DNA of 64,000 nt from Bacteroidales bacterium (GTDB taxonomy: Bacteria > Bacteroidota > Bacteroidia > Bacteroidales > B18-G4): positions 1,129 through 65,128 of the forward strand of contig JAGYMZ010000012.1 in assembly GCA_018400295.1 (NCBI GenBank), written 5' to 3'. Positions within the stretch are counted from its first letter, which is position 1; each line of letters starts with the position of its first letter. The notes under the pieces are model-generated. The model saw only the letters and a program-made list of their open reading frames with translations, ran no database searches and was not told the origin of the DNA. Below, piece by piece: positions 50,605 through 60,300 of this stretch. Made by a program: the position numbers and the translations under genes.

Positions 50605-51060
50605 TTAATACGCCCTTTCCATGGCCAGGTTTCCCTGAGCATCCCAAATGTACCAGTTGCCTTCTTTTTCTCCTTTAACATAGTACATCTCATAGCGTTT
50701 GTTGCCTTCCTGGTCCCATAGATACCAGTATCCATGCTTCAAGTCGTTTTTATAACTTGCTTCTGCGACCCTGTTCTGATCCTTGTCCCACTGGATCCAT
50801 ATACCGTCTTTCATCCCGTTTTTGAAAGAACGTTGCTCTTTCAGGGATCCGTCCTCATAGAACAACCGTGTGTTCCCGTCCGGAACCCCGTCTTTGATAT
50901 TCATCCTGATCTTCAAATTTCCGTTATCGTGGTATTCCCTGGAAATTCCGGTAAATGGCTCATTTCCATTGTAGTATTTCCCGTCGATCAATTCAAGTTC
51001 CTGTGAGAATGTGACCGTTGAAAAGACCATCATGGCCAGGCTTATCATAAAAGCTTTCAT
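50605..51060 (-). CDS. Secreted MORN-variant repeat protein (YwqK-like)
   Basis: Signal peptide; repeated YxNG...KxGxxxGxW units. Confidence 0.82.
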   Translation of the reverse strand: MKAFMISLAMMVFSTVTFSQELELIDGKYYNGNEPFTGISREYHDNGNLKIRMNIKDGVPDGNTRLFYEDGSLKEQRSFKNGMKDGIWIQWDKDQNRVAEASYKNDLKHGYWYLWDQEGNKRYEMYYVKGEKEGNWYIWDAQGNLAMERAY

Positions 51061-51122
51061 AGTTGCCCTCCTTGTGTTGCATTGGCTGTATGCTGATTAT
51101 GCGCAGCCATAACTTTGATCTG

Positions 51123-51162
51123 TTAATGTTAACTTAATGCAAAGTTAACATAAAGTTAACAT
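51123..51162 (-). promoter_or_regulatory. Four TTAA at 11-bp period (OmpR/PhoB-like direct repeats) overlapping a TAACTTTG -7 element
   Basis: TTAA at 51123, 51134, 51145, 51156; exact tandem AAAGTTAACAT x2 at 51141-51162. Confidence 0.6.
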
Positions 51163-51261
51163 AAAAACAATGGTTATGGCAACATATTTTTTTCAGCGCT
51201 GTTATGAAGCTGGGGAGCATGTATTAAATTGCCGTTGCTTTTAAGCTGCCGTGTTTGGGAA

Positions 51262-51624
51262 TCAAAAATGGATAGGCTCCAGGGCAACCTGCAGGGTTTC
51301 CGGCCGGTTTTTTCTGATGTGTATTTTCCGTATATGGGCTTCCTGGTAAGATATGTAGTGTATTTTCAGCGTGTAAGTGCCTGGCTCAAGATCTGAGATC
51401 GTAAAATTGCCATGAATATCCGTACACGTATGTATATTTTTATTTATAACTTCCACATTGGCACATACAAGTTCTTCCTGTGTATCCTTATCGATCACCT
51501 TTCCTGAAATACTGGGCCTGGCTTCCGGGGATGTTCCCGGATTCCCGGATTTATTGCCGGCATGTACCAGGGAGATCATAAAAAAGAAGGCAAGAAAAAT
51601 ATATGATTGTTTTACTACAGGCAT
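51262..51624 (-). CDS. Stand-alone carboxypeptidase-regulatory-like domain protein (secreted)
   Basis: ISGKVIDKDTQEEL..ANV...TDIHGNFTI..L.PGTYTL..HYISY; ATG 51624 supported by TACTTTTG element at 51643-51650. Confidence 0.8.
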   Translation of the reverse strand: MPVVKQSYIFLAFFFMISLVHAGNKSGNPGTSPEARPSISGKVIDKDTQEELVCANVEVINKNIHTCTDIHGNFTISDLEPGTYTLKIHYISYQEAHIRKIHIRKNRPETLQVALEPIHF

Positions 51625-51684
51625 GTTGTGTTCCGTTTTGGGCAAAAGTACATGCCTTTATCATGAAGCATGTATTGAATTCAA

Positions 51685-51721
51685 TTAATAAAACATTAAA
51701 TATATGTTAAGAGAAGGTTAA
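51685..51721 (-). promoter_or_regulatory. Four TTAA at 11-bp period (OmpR/PhoB-like direct repeats)
   Basis: TTAA at 51685, 51696, 51707, 51718; reads TTAAC-N6-TTAAC-N6-TTAAT-N6-TTAAT on the - strand. Confidence 0.6.
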
Positions 51722-51752
51722 GGATATGACTGCGGCAGCAGCGAAAAACCAA

Positions 51753-52298
51753 TTAATCCCTGATAATCAATGGGGTGCTGATGGTGTTGCTTTCGTTGAG
51801 GGACCTGTCTACCAGTGTGACATCAAATCGTATGGTATCAAAGGGAGAACTAAAATTGTAAATAAAAATAGTATCCCGGATCTCTCCGGAAATGGCTTTA
51901 TTATTCCCAGCCGGGGTTAACATCGGTACACGCGCTGAAAGGGACAGTGTATCAAATTCCTGAGTTTGGGAATTGTAAACAACGATGGGTACTTTTTTCA
52001 GGGTGCCGTTTTGGAATTCATAATAATCAATCAGGAGATTATGATAATATTTTGAGTCCGGATCAAACGGCGGGAATGTGTCACCGGGAGCAAGTCCAAT
52101 GTCACCATTCCCGTCTTTATAGGATATGGATATAACCCCACGGTCATAAAGCTCCAGTTCTGGGTTATATATCTTTTGGAACCCCTCGTACTGAATAACC
52201 GGTATATCGGGAAAATCTTCCTCACGCAGGCAGGATGCCAGAGCAAGCACCATGACACTTACAAAAAATAGGCGTATTTTTGAATGACGAATATGCAT
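51753..52298 (-). CDS. Hypothetical lipoprotein (181 aa)
   Basis: MHIRHSKIRLFFVSVMVLALASC lipobox; P.I.Y, DGNGDIG, DRSLNESN.I.TP; the track's longer start overlaps the next gene. Confidence 0.8.
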   Translation of the reverse strand: MHIRHSKIRLFFVSVMVLALASCLREEDFPDIPVIQYEGFQKIYNPELELYDRGVISISYKDGNGDIGLAPGDTFPPFDPDSKYYHNLLIDYYEFQNGTLKKVPIVVYNSQTQEFDTLSLSARVPMLTPAGNNKAISGEIRDTIFIYNFSSPFDTIRFDVTLVDRSLNESNTISTPLIIRD

Positions 52299-52322
52299 AC
52301 CGGATAAAATTACTAAAAAGCC

Positions 52323-53330
52323 TTGAGACAACGATCCGAATATTCTTTTAGCGAACATAAAAACAAGATCTTTTCTGTTAGGTCTTCCGGGGAATTTAAC
52401 GAGCGGGCATTGGAGATATTTCATTTTCAATACAGGAATAACCCGGTATATAAAGAATACCTTGATGTTTCCGGAGCAGACCCATACGCTGTTACATCTG
52501 TGGATCAAATACCTTTTCTTCCGGCGGAGATCTTCCGGAACCGGAAAGTGCTTTGCAAGGCAATGGATCCGGACCTGGTTTTCTTCAGCAGCGGTACTGC
52601 AGGCATGGAGCAAAGCAAGCATTACATTGCCGATCCTTTGCTTTATGAAGAAAGCTTTTTTCGCTCGTTCCGGCACTTTTTCGGCGGAGTGGAAGGGAAA
52701 TGCATCCTTGGTTTATTGCCTTCTTACCTGGAGAGGCAGAATTCTTCACTGGCTTATATGATCAAACGGTTTATAGAAAAAAGCGGGGTAAAGGAAAGCG
52801 GATTTTTTTTATATAATTATAAAAGGCTCTATGAGGTGCTGATGGATACATATGAACGAGGCATGCCTGTGTTCCTCTTCGGTGTGAGTTTTGCCCTGCT
52901 TGATTTTTCCGAAAGATTTCCAATGCAATTTCCTGGCTTGCATGTCATCGAAACGGGAGGCATGAAAGGCCGCAGGAAAGAATTCATTCGGGAGGAACTG
53001 CACAGACAGCTTATGAAGGGTTATGGGGTGGATCATATAAGCAGCGAATACGGTATGACGGAACTTTTATCCCAGGCATATGCACCCGGGGATGGTTTGT
53101 TTGCAGCACCTCCCTGGATGAAAATCTTCATTAAAGATGTTTATGATCCTTATTCCGCTGTGGAAAAAGGGAAAACCGGCACGATCAGTATCGTTGACCT
53201 GGCCAATGTATATTCATGTTCATTCATTGCTACCCGGGATTTGGGAAAAATGCATCCGGATGGCCGGTTTGAAGTCCTTGGCCGGGCTGACACCAGCGAT
53301 ATAAGGGGATGCAATTTACTGGTGACCTGA
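52323..53330 (+). CDS. LuxE-like acyl-protein synthetase / acyl transferase
   Basis: IPFLP, FSSGT, LLPSYLER..SSL, ETGGMKGRR, SEYGMTELLSQAY, FEVLGR.D...RGC. Confidence 0.87.
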   Translation: MRQRSEYSFSEHKNKIFSVRSSGEFNERALEIFHFQYRNNPVYKEYLDVSGADPYAVTSVDQIPFLPAEIFRNRKVLCKAMDPDLVFFSSGTAGMEQSKHYIADPLLYEESFFRSFRHFFGGVEGKCILGLLPSYLERQNSSLAYMIKRFIEKSGVKESGFFLYNYKRLYEVLMDTYERGMPVFLFGVSFALLDFSERFPMQFPGLHVIETGGMKGRRKEFIREELHRQLMKGYGVDHISSEYGMTELLSQAYAPGDGLFAAPPWMKIFIKDVYDPYSAVEKGKTGTISIVDLANVYSCSFIATRDLGKMHPDGRFEVLGRADTSDIRGCNLLVT

Positions 53331-53371
53331 TCACAAAACCGATGGCATGTTGATCTTATACGGGAAAATGT

Positions 53372-56300
53372 TTAGCGGGCTATGATGATCTTTGCCGCCT
53401 TTTTTACATTATCCTGTATCAGTATGCCAATATATAATCCTTCAGGAAAATCATGCAGGTTTATGGTCATATCCTTTTTATCTGCGGGTATTTTCCAGTT
53501 ACCCATGGTTTTCCCAAGCAGATCAATGATCATGAATTCTGTGCCTTGCGTTGTTTGATGGTTCAGTGTGATCTTCAGGATGCCGGATGTAGGATTGGGA
53601 TGGAATGACACAGGAAGGTCGTTCACCGGTTCCTGAATATTTGTGGTATTATCCAGGATCACTTCGCAGGGATCTGATTCCGGTCCGGATCCGCACATAT
53701 TGGCAGCCGACACACGAATGTGTGCGGTTCCCATATAATTGGCATTCCAGATGGCAATTGCAGTTTCATTATTTCCTTCCATTATTCCGGCCTCCCCGGG
53801 TTCCAGGTACCAGTTATAAGCTGTTGCCCCTGGCAGAGGATCAATGCTGTATTCGGAATACTGTACCGACAGCAGGTCCACGTAACCCGGTCCATCAGGT
53901 ATGTCCGGCATTCCGGGAATTCCTGTAATATCCAAAGCCATTTCATCTTCTACAGAGGAATCTCCATCACCATAGGCTGTAAGGGTCAGAAGTACGCCCC
54001 CGTTTTGAATGTCTTGGGTACTAGGGGAATATACCGGGTTAAGCAGGGTTTCATCATTGAAGGTGCCTGTCCCGGAGGTATTCCATTCCAGTGCGTTGTA
54101 TGCAGTGGCTTCTCCGTGGCACTGAAAATCCTCATCCGTGCAGATAACTTCATCCGGTCCGGCGTAACAGGTCAGGGTTGTCTTCGGGGGCATGATGATA
54201 AAGTCAAGCCAGGCCTGATCGGCACCTGCACTGCCGGTGGCATCCTTTGCATATACCCATTTAAATGTATGATTGCCTGTGGGAACAAAAAAGGTTTCTT
54301 TTGTCCATCCCTGATACGTTCCTGACCATTCTGCTTTCAGGTTGCCGTTAATATAGAATTTTAACTTATCCAGATCTTCTTCAGAAGACACCTTTTTTAT
54401 GAAAGAAATACTGTCGCTGGTCATGGTTCGCATCTGGAGACTGAGCACACACTTCTCACCGTTGTCAATGGCCCCGGTTTTTGCACTGTATATACCTTCA
54501 TAAGGGTATGTGCTGGTTATTTCCCACGGCTCATCCCCTCCCATTTCCCAGTCGAATTTTGTGAAATCACCGGTTTCAAAATCTTCAACCAGCAAACCCA
54601 GTTTTTTCCGGAACACCTTGCTTTTTTCGTAAGCATTGGACTGCAGATGATAGTTGAGATAGGCAAATACAACCCCATTGGGGGTTTCAGGGTCAACCAC
54701 AACTTCAAATTCAGCATATTTGTACCCGATTTGATTAAGCTGGCCTATGGAGTCTGTTGTATTTTGGAATTCGAGATAATGGCATGAGGTTTCAATGGTT
54801 GCCAAACAGTTGTTGGCAGGGCAATGTCCGGTATTTCTGTTCTTTACTTTCAGAATGGCGGTTTCACCGGGATCCAGCCGGCCATTGTTATTTCCCTGGC
54901 TGTCATCGATAACCATTTCAAGAATGGTAAGTACGGGGCCATATCCCAAATCATCAAAATGGCTTGTCCAGGTGGTATCTGATATGGCGGTTACTGTGAA
55001 ATTGATCAGATGCTGGTCCGGTAAGTTTTCGGCCACCAGAAATGTAAAAGCGTTCTCTTTGGTTGCGGACTGGCCTGGGTCCAGACTGCCGTAGGATTCT
55101 GTTGAGTCTATCCAGGTAATGTATGGATCATTGGTGCCCAAACACACGTCTACATTTTCTGAGGCCACGGTACCAATATTTTTTACGGTGAAATCGAGGG
55201 AAATATTTTCCCCGAATTCAATGACGGAATTGCCGTTGGAAGCTGTATCAACAATTGTATGCGACTCATAAACCACGTAAGGCTCATCGGTGATCACCAA
55301 AATGCTACCCGTGTGTCTGATGCGGTTATGGCATATCACGGATGCCTGGATGGGTTCTTCGGAAGAAAGGGGTTCAAAAAGGTCCAGGAGGAGATTGCCC
55401 GCATCATCAGCCAGGCCTCTTCCGATAAGGGAGCCATCCTGCATTAATCCGATGCGTGCTCCCGGGGCATCTGTTTCTATGGAAATTTGTGAGGTCCCTA
55501 TGGAAATTGCCGGCGGATAAGAAGCTACGATCGGTGCAGGCTGGGCAGTCCAGATGTCCAGGGTGGGGTCTCCGAACAGGTTCAGTTCATAGTAGCACCA
55601 ACGGATGGCACCGCTGTGAGCATTGATAAAAGCTACGTTATCTTCTTTGGAATCCCTGTTGGCTTCCCCGATCATGGTAATATCTTCTCCGAAAACGGCA
55701 TCAAAAAATTGCCTGTCAAAATACTGCGAGGCACCGTCCGTACTCATATGCTGGCCCCAGCCGTACCGTGAATTGCCAATGTTTGCCACATCTGCGGTTT
55801 CCATGGTGGTAATTTTCTCAGAGAAACAATCTTCGGTGTAATATCCCGGTGATGTTTCCCGGTTATCGAAGGCGCCGTTGTAGCATCCCTGGGAATATCC
55901 GATGGCAAACCCGCGGGTTATTCCGTCATTCGTGAAATTGGTTGTTGTGAGGTCCGTATTATACATCAGCATGTTATATGTGGTACCGGAATGCCCGAGG
56001 TGGTTCCTCAGGTTGACCCCAACATTGCTATATTGATGAAAAACATCATTTTTATCCCAATACATGTCCCGCTCATATAAATACGTTATGTTAAAATTCG
56101 AAGAAAGTCCCACGGTAGTATATCCATGATTGGAACTTCCGAGGGCAACTTCATCCTTATAGTCTCCTCCCCAGGTGGGTTCCGGCCATAGCATCTCACC
56201 AAGCCACAAGGCTTTTTCAATGTCTTCGTTTACGGGGTCATCCTGGTACAGGATATGCTTGTTGACGACATTCTGAATTTCCGTGGAATCATCGGCACAG

Positions 56301-57373
56301 ATCCTTCCAATCCCAACTTCTGCGTACAGGTCTTCTTCGCCCGGTTCTCCATAACGCTGATCGTTATCATCGTCCCAGTTGCCATCCAGGTTGGAATAAT
56401 AGATGTCTGCCGGGAGATCTTCCTCGGGGGTGCTGTATGCATTGCAATAGAAACCACGGTGTGGAATGACGTCTTCCGATGCATTGTTCGGATCGCTGTC
56501 CCCCCCGAGGATAACCCATTGCACGTTGTAGTTCTGTACATGGTCGATGATACAGTTCCTGATCTTATCCTGCTGGTCTGTCCCGGAATATATTGAGAAA
56601 ATATCTTCTGTTGTAATGATGGACGTTATATACCCGGTAGACCTTTTATAGTCCGTATAATCTTCAAAATAAGGCATCAGGTTTTGATTCGTGATCAAAA
56701 GGATGTCGATCTCATCAGATGATTTTCCATCCGGGTAGGTATATTCCTCAAGTTTTCCGGGATTCTCGACGATGTGTTGGATCCGTTGCCTGGACCTATC
56801 CGGGTTTACCAGGAATTTTTGGGCTTCTGCTGCGTCAGCGGAGTTTTTTAGAACGATTTCAAGGGTTATGGATTTCAGGAAGCCGGCCGTATTTCCCCCC
56901 GGGATGTATGTGACCGGACAAAGGGTAAGGGAACCTATCCCGTGACCGGACAAAAAACCGGTATGTATGTTGTCTGCAATACGTTCCGGATAGGGTTCCA
57001 TTGAAGAATACAATTCTTTGTCGGGGCTAACCGTATAGGTAGCCTGCTGGTCCGATAACGGGAACTGCCTTCCTGCCGGCTTGATGGTGATGGATTCTTT
57101 ATCCCCGTAGTACGCGGTCGAAACGATATTTACCCCTGAAATTTCTGTGTTCTGTGGCAACAAAAGGCTTACCGCTTTATGGGGCATGGAAGGATACCCT
57201 TCGGGACCAAAATTATAGCAATCCGGATAGGAAATTACCGTGTATTCTCCTTCACTGATCAAAACAGGATATGGAAAATGGTATGTTTTTGTGAGCGTTT
57301 GTGATAATGCCGGAATAATAGCCATGATCACTATGGTAGCCAGCAATAATGTCCTTTTCATAACACTGTTCAA
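53372..57373 (-). CDS. C25 family (gingipain-like) cysteine peptidase, T9SS-secreted
   Basis: Propeptide; VILGGD, NHLGH, SQGCYNG, NLFGDP; Ig and jelly-roll tail; HPNPTSG...GLYI CTD. Confidence 0.88.
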   Translation of the reverse strand: MNSVMKRTLLLATIVIMAIIPALSQTLTKTYHFPYPVLISEGEYTVISYPDCYNFGPEGYPSMPHKAVSLLLPQNTEISGVNIVSTAYYGDKESITIKPAGRQFPLSDQQATYTVSPDKELYSSMEPYPERIADNIHTGFLSGHGIGSLTLCPVTYIPGGNTAGFLKSITLEIVLKNSADAAEAQKFLVNPDRSRQRIQHIVENPGKLEEYTYPDGKSSDEIDILLITNQNLMPYFEDYTDYKRSTGYITSIITTEDIFSIYSGTDQQDKIRNCIIDHVQNYNVQWVILGGDSDPNNASEDVIPHRGFYCNAYSTPEEDLPADIYYSNLDGNWDDDNDQRYGEPGEEDLYAEVGIGRICADDSTEIQNVVNKHILYQDDPVNEDIEKALWLGEMLWPEPTWGGDYKDEVALGSSNHGYTTVGLSSNFNITYLYERDMYWDKNDVFHQYSNVGVNLRNHLGHSGTTYNMLMYNTDLTTTNFTNDGITRGFAIGYSQGCYNGAFDNRETSPGYYTEDCFSEKITTMETADVANIGNSRYGWGQHMSTDGASQYFDRQFFDAVFGEDITMIGEANRDSKEDNVAFINAHSGAIRWCYYELNLFGDPTLDIWTAQPAPIVASYPPAISIGTSQISIETDAPGARIGLMQDGSLIGRGLADDAGNLLLDLFEPLSSEEPIQASVICHNRIRHTGSILVITDEPYVVYESHTIVDTASNGNSVIEFGENISLDFTVKNIGTVASENVDVCLGTNDPYITWIDSTESYGSLDPGQSATKENAFTFLVAENLPDQHLINFTVTAISDTTWTSHFDDLGYGPVLTILEMVIDDSQGNNNGRLDPGETAILKVKNRNTGHCPANNCLATIETSCHYLEFQNTTDSIGQLNQIGYKYAEFEVVVDPETPNGVVFAYLNYHLQSNAYEKSKVFRKKLGLLVEDFETGDFTKFDWEMGGDEPWEITSTYPYEGIYSAKTGAIDNGEKCVLSLQMRTMTSDSISFIKKVSSEEDLDKLKFYINGNLKAEWSGTYQGWTKETFFVPTGNHTFKWVYAKDATGSAGADQAWLDFIIMPPKTTLTCYAGPDEVICTDEDFQCHGEATAYNALEWNTSGTGTFNDETLLNPVYSPSTQDIQNGGVLLTLTAYGDGDSSVEDEMALDITGIPGMPDIPDGPGYVDLLSVQYSEYSIDPLPGATAYNWYLEPGEAGIMEGNNETAIAIWNANYMGTAHIRVSAANMCGSGPESDPCEVILDNTTNIQEPVNDLPVSFHPNPTSGILKITLNHQTTQGTEFMIIDLLGKTMGNWKIPADKKDMTINLHDFPEGLYIGILIQDNVKKAAKIIIAR

Positions 57374-57380
57374 TTAGGGT

Positions 57381-60300
57381 TTATTTGTTGATGATCAATT
57401 TTTTCGTCGTTTTCCAACCGGCGCCTTCTGCAGCAATAAAATACAATCCTGCCGGCAGGGAACCCAAAGTGAGATTGATGGACCGTTGACCGTTCATGGC
57501 AAGCTGTTCTTCATAAACAATGCTGCCCACGACAGTAAATACCCTGAGGTCAACATGTTCACGAACGGGGGTTGTAAAGTGGACTGTAAACCTGTCCCGC
57601 CCCGGGTTGGGATAAATGGTCATTCCTTTCTGATCCTGAATTTCATGAAGCCCTACCGGGTTGTTAACAGTAATTTCCAGGCTTTCAGAAAATTCACTGT
57701 CGCCGCACCCGTTTGTGGATTGGACGTTGAGGGTTGCAAAACCGGAATATTCTTCATTCCAAACGACGCGGCACGTAGTGCCGGTTCCCGTGGAAGTCCC
57801 GGCATCTGATGGCTCCAGTACCCAGTTGTATGCGGTTGTATGAGGGACGCTATTCGTTTCATAAAACGATACGGGCATGCTAATCCAATCAATGTTGTCC
57901 GGGCCGGATGGTTTATCCGGAGTTTCCGGAATGGTGATGAAGGTAATTTTTGTCACGTCCTGGAAGGAATCGCCCTGGGAACCGGTAACCGTCAGGGTCA
58001 GTTCCACAGATCCGTCTTCAATATCTTCGTTGCTGGGCGTATAAAGAGGTTGCAGTATGGAGGGGTCGTTGAATGTTCCGGTACCGGAAGTTGTCCAGTC
58101 CGCCGTTTGCCATGCAGTGGCTTCCCCCTGGCACAGATAATCATTGGTTTCACAGCATACATCATCCGGGCCGGCGTAGCAGGTAAGTGCCATCAGTGGA
58201 GGCATTACTACAAAATCGAGCCATCCGCAATCACTGCCAGCGCTTCCCTGTCCATCTTTCTGGTACACCCATTTATAGGTATGGCTTCCGGTAGGTGCAG
58301 GCACAGCAATGTATTGCCATCCTGCTGAAGTCCCTGACCATTCCCCTTTAAGGGTGTTGTCAATAAAGAATTTTAACTTATCCTGATTTGATTGTGAAGA
58401 TACTTTCTTTATAAACGTAATGCTGTCGGCGGTCATGACATTCAGGGTCAGCGACAGGGTACTGGTCTGTCCGTCTTCAATGGTGCCGGATTTGGCACTG
58501 TATATTCCCTCATAGGGAAAAACATCCGTGATGGTCCAGGGCTCGTTTCCTCCCATTTCCCAGTCGAATTTTTCAAAATCACCGGTTTCAAAATCATCAT
58601 AGATCAGGCCCAGCTTTCGGCGGAAGGTTTTATCTGCCTGGAAGGGGCCTGCCTCCAAATGATAGATGAAGTCAGCCAGCACACATCCGTTGGGTGTTTC
58701 AGGATGTACGTGAACAGTGAACGTGGCATATTTAAAACCGAGCAAGCCTAATGCGCCTATGGTATCGGTGGTATTTTCGAATGTCACATAGGCATTATAG
58801 GCATTGAGGGTAGCAACAGCATTTTCCGTGATGCAATGCCCGGTATTTTTATTCTTGATTTTTAAATCTGCGGTTTCACCCGGATCCAGCCGCCCGTTAC
58901 CATTGCCAAACTCACTGTCGTCTATGATCATTTCCTGTATTGATAGTACAGGTCTGTTCAGGGTAACCGAAAAATCTGTTGTCCAGGTTTCTTTCCCTTC
59001 TGCTTCCATGACCATATCAAATACGACAATATGCTGGTCCTCGATATCTTCCTGGACCTGGAAAGTGAAGGCATTTTCCTGGGAGGCTGTTGACAATCCT
59101 GGTACGATACCCCATTCCTGATAATCATCTGTCAGGATTATATTCGGGTCGGCAGAAGAAATGCTTACCTGTGTATTGGTTGCATCAGCATTGCCCAGGT
59201 TTTCCAGTTCCATCGTCAAGGATACCAATTCGTTATAATCTGCATGATGGTTGTTATTGCCCAGGGAATCCTCAATAATGAAGTCTTTCAGCACAAGAAA
59301 AGCACCATTGGGGTTGGCTACCGTGACTGTGCCAAAATATGGTTCGCCATTTTGTTTTGTTACGATGACATCTGCCGGGCCCGGAACTGAAAACGGTGTG
59401 ATGGGCAGTTCCAGAAAGCCGGTCTCATCGGCAATATCTGCTCCATGCAGCACGCCATCCCTTGATAATGCAACGTATGCATAAGGCTCTGTGTTGACCA
59501 CAAAAGTTGTTGATGAAAGGGGCAGTAATTCATCATAATTTACTGCGATCACCGGTGGCTCAGAAAAATAGACCATGAGGGAGGGGTCGCCCATGAGATT
59601 GTAAATATCCCAGTAATAATCTGCCATTCCGGGGGATCCTTCCAACACGGCAAGGTTTCCTGCATAAATCATTTGATCGGCCGTAACGAACCAGTCTTCA
59701 AATGGCTCACCATGGTCGTGAAAGGACCGGTCATAGGAACCCAGCGTGGTTTCTTCATAGGGTGGGGGTATTTCGGATATTTCGCCGACCCCTACAGCGT
59801 AATAGTAATCTTCATCCCAGTAAGTACTGTTGGAAGCACCGATATATCCTACGGATCCTTTATTTTCCGCCCTTAGCAATGCCTCGGCGAAACATTCACT
59901 TACCTGGTATTCGCTTGATGAGCAACAGTTACCGACCAGCACTCCATATTTACTTTCATTTTCAAGGCTTGCAATGTCGGAAATTGTAAAAGAAGGGTCG
60001 GCCCATCCGTTCGGACTGCAATGGGCGGTATAATTTCCAAAGGTGACCCCATCGCTTATGTTTTGGATGATCTGGGCACTGGAGCTTCCGGATTCGGGGT
60101 AAAGATAGTCATGGGCGAGGATGCCATGATCCTGGTTGAAATAATTTGTGGTTCCGTAGTTGATCTGACCATTGCCCCAGTCATGGCCATGGCCGGCATC
60201 CACACCGGAAACCAGCACAACTTCGTCCAGGTAGGACGGATCGGGCATGGTATATTTTTCGTATTCAATGGTTTTGTCTATATACGGTTGAAACTGGTCT

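Noticed and set aside
50605-51060. YwqK-like protein as a toxin-antitoxin module
   Set aside because: It has a signal peptide, no toxin gene is adjacent, and the label only reflects MORN-variant repeats
52323-53330. LuxE-like gene as evidence of bioluminescence
   Set aside because: No luxA/B/C/D nearby; stand-alone homologues are common in Bacteroidota
59364-59374. Single GATGACATCTG unit inside the Kgp-like gene
   Set aside because: Isolated, non-palindromic, encodes ordinary residues (ADVI); plausibly chance
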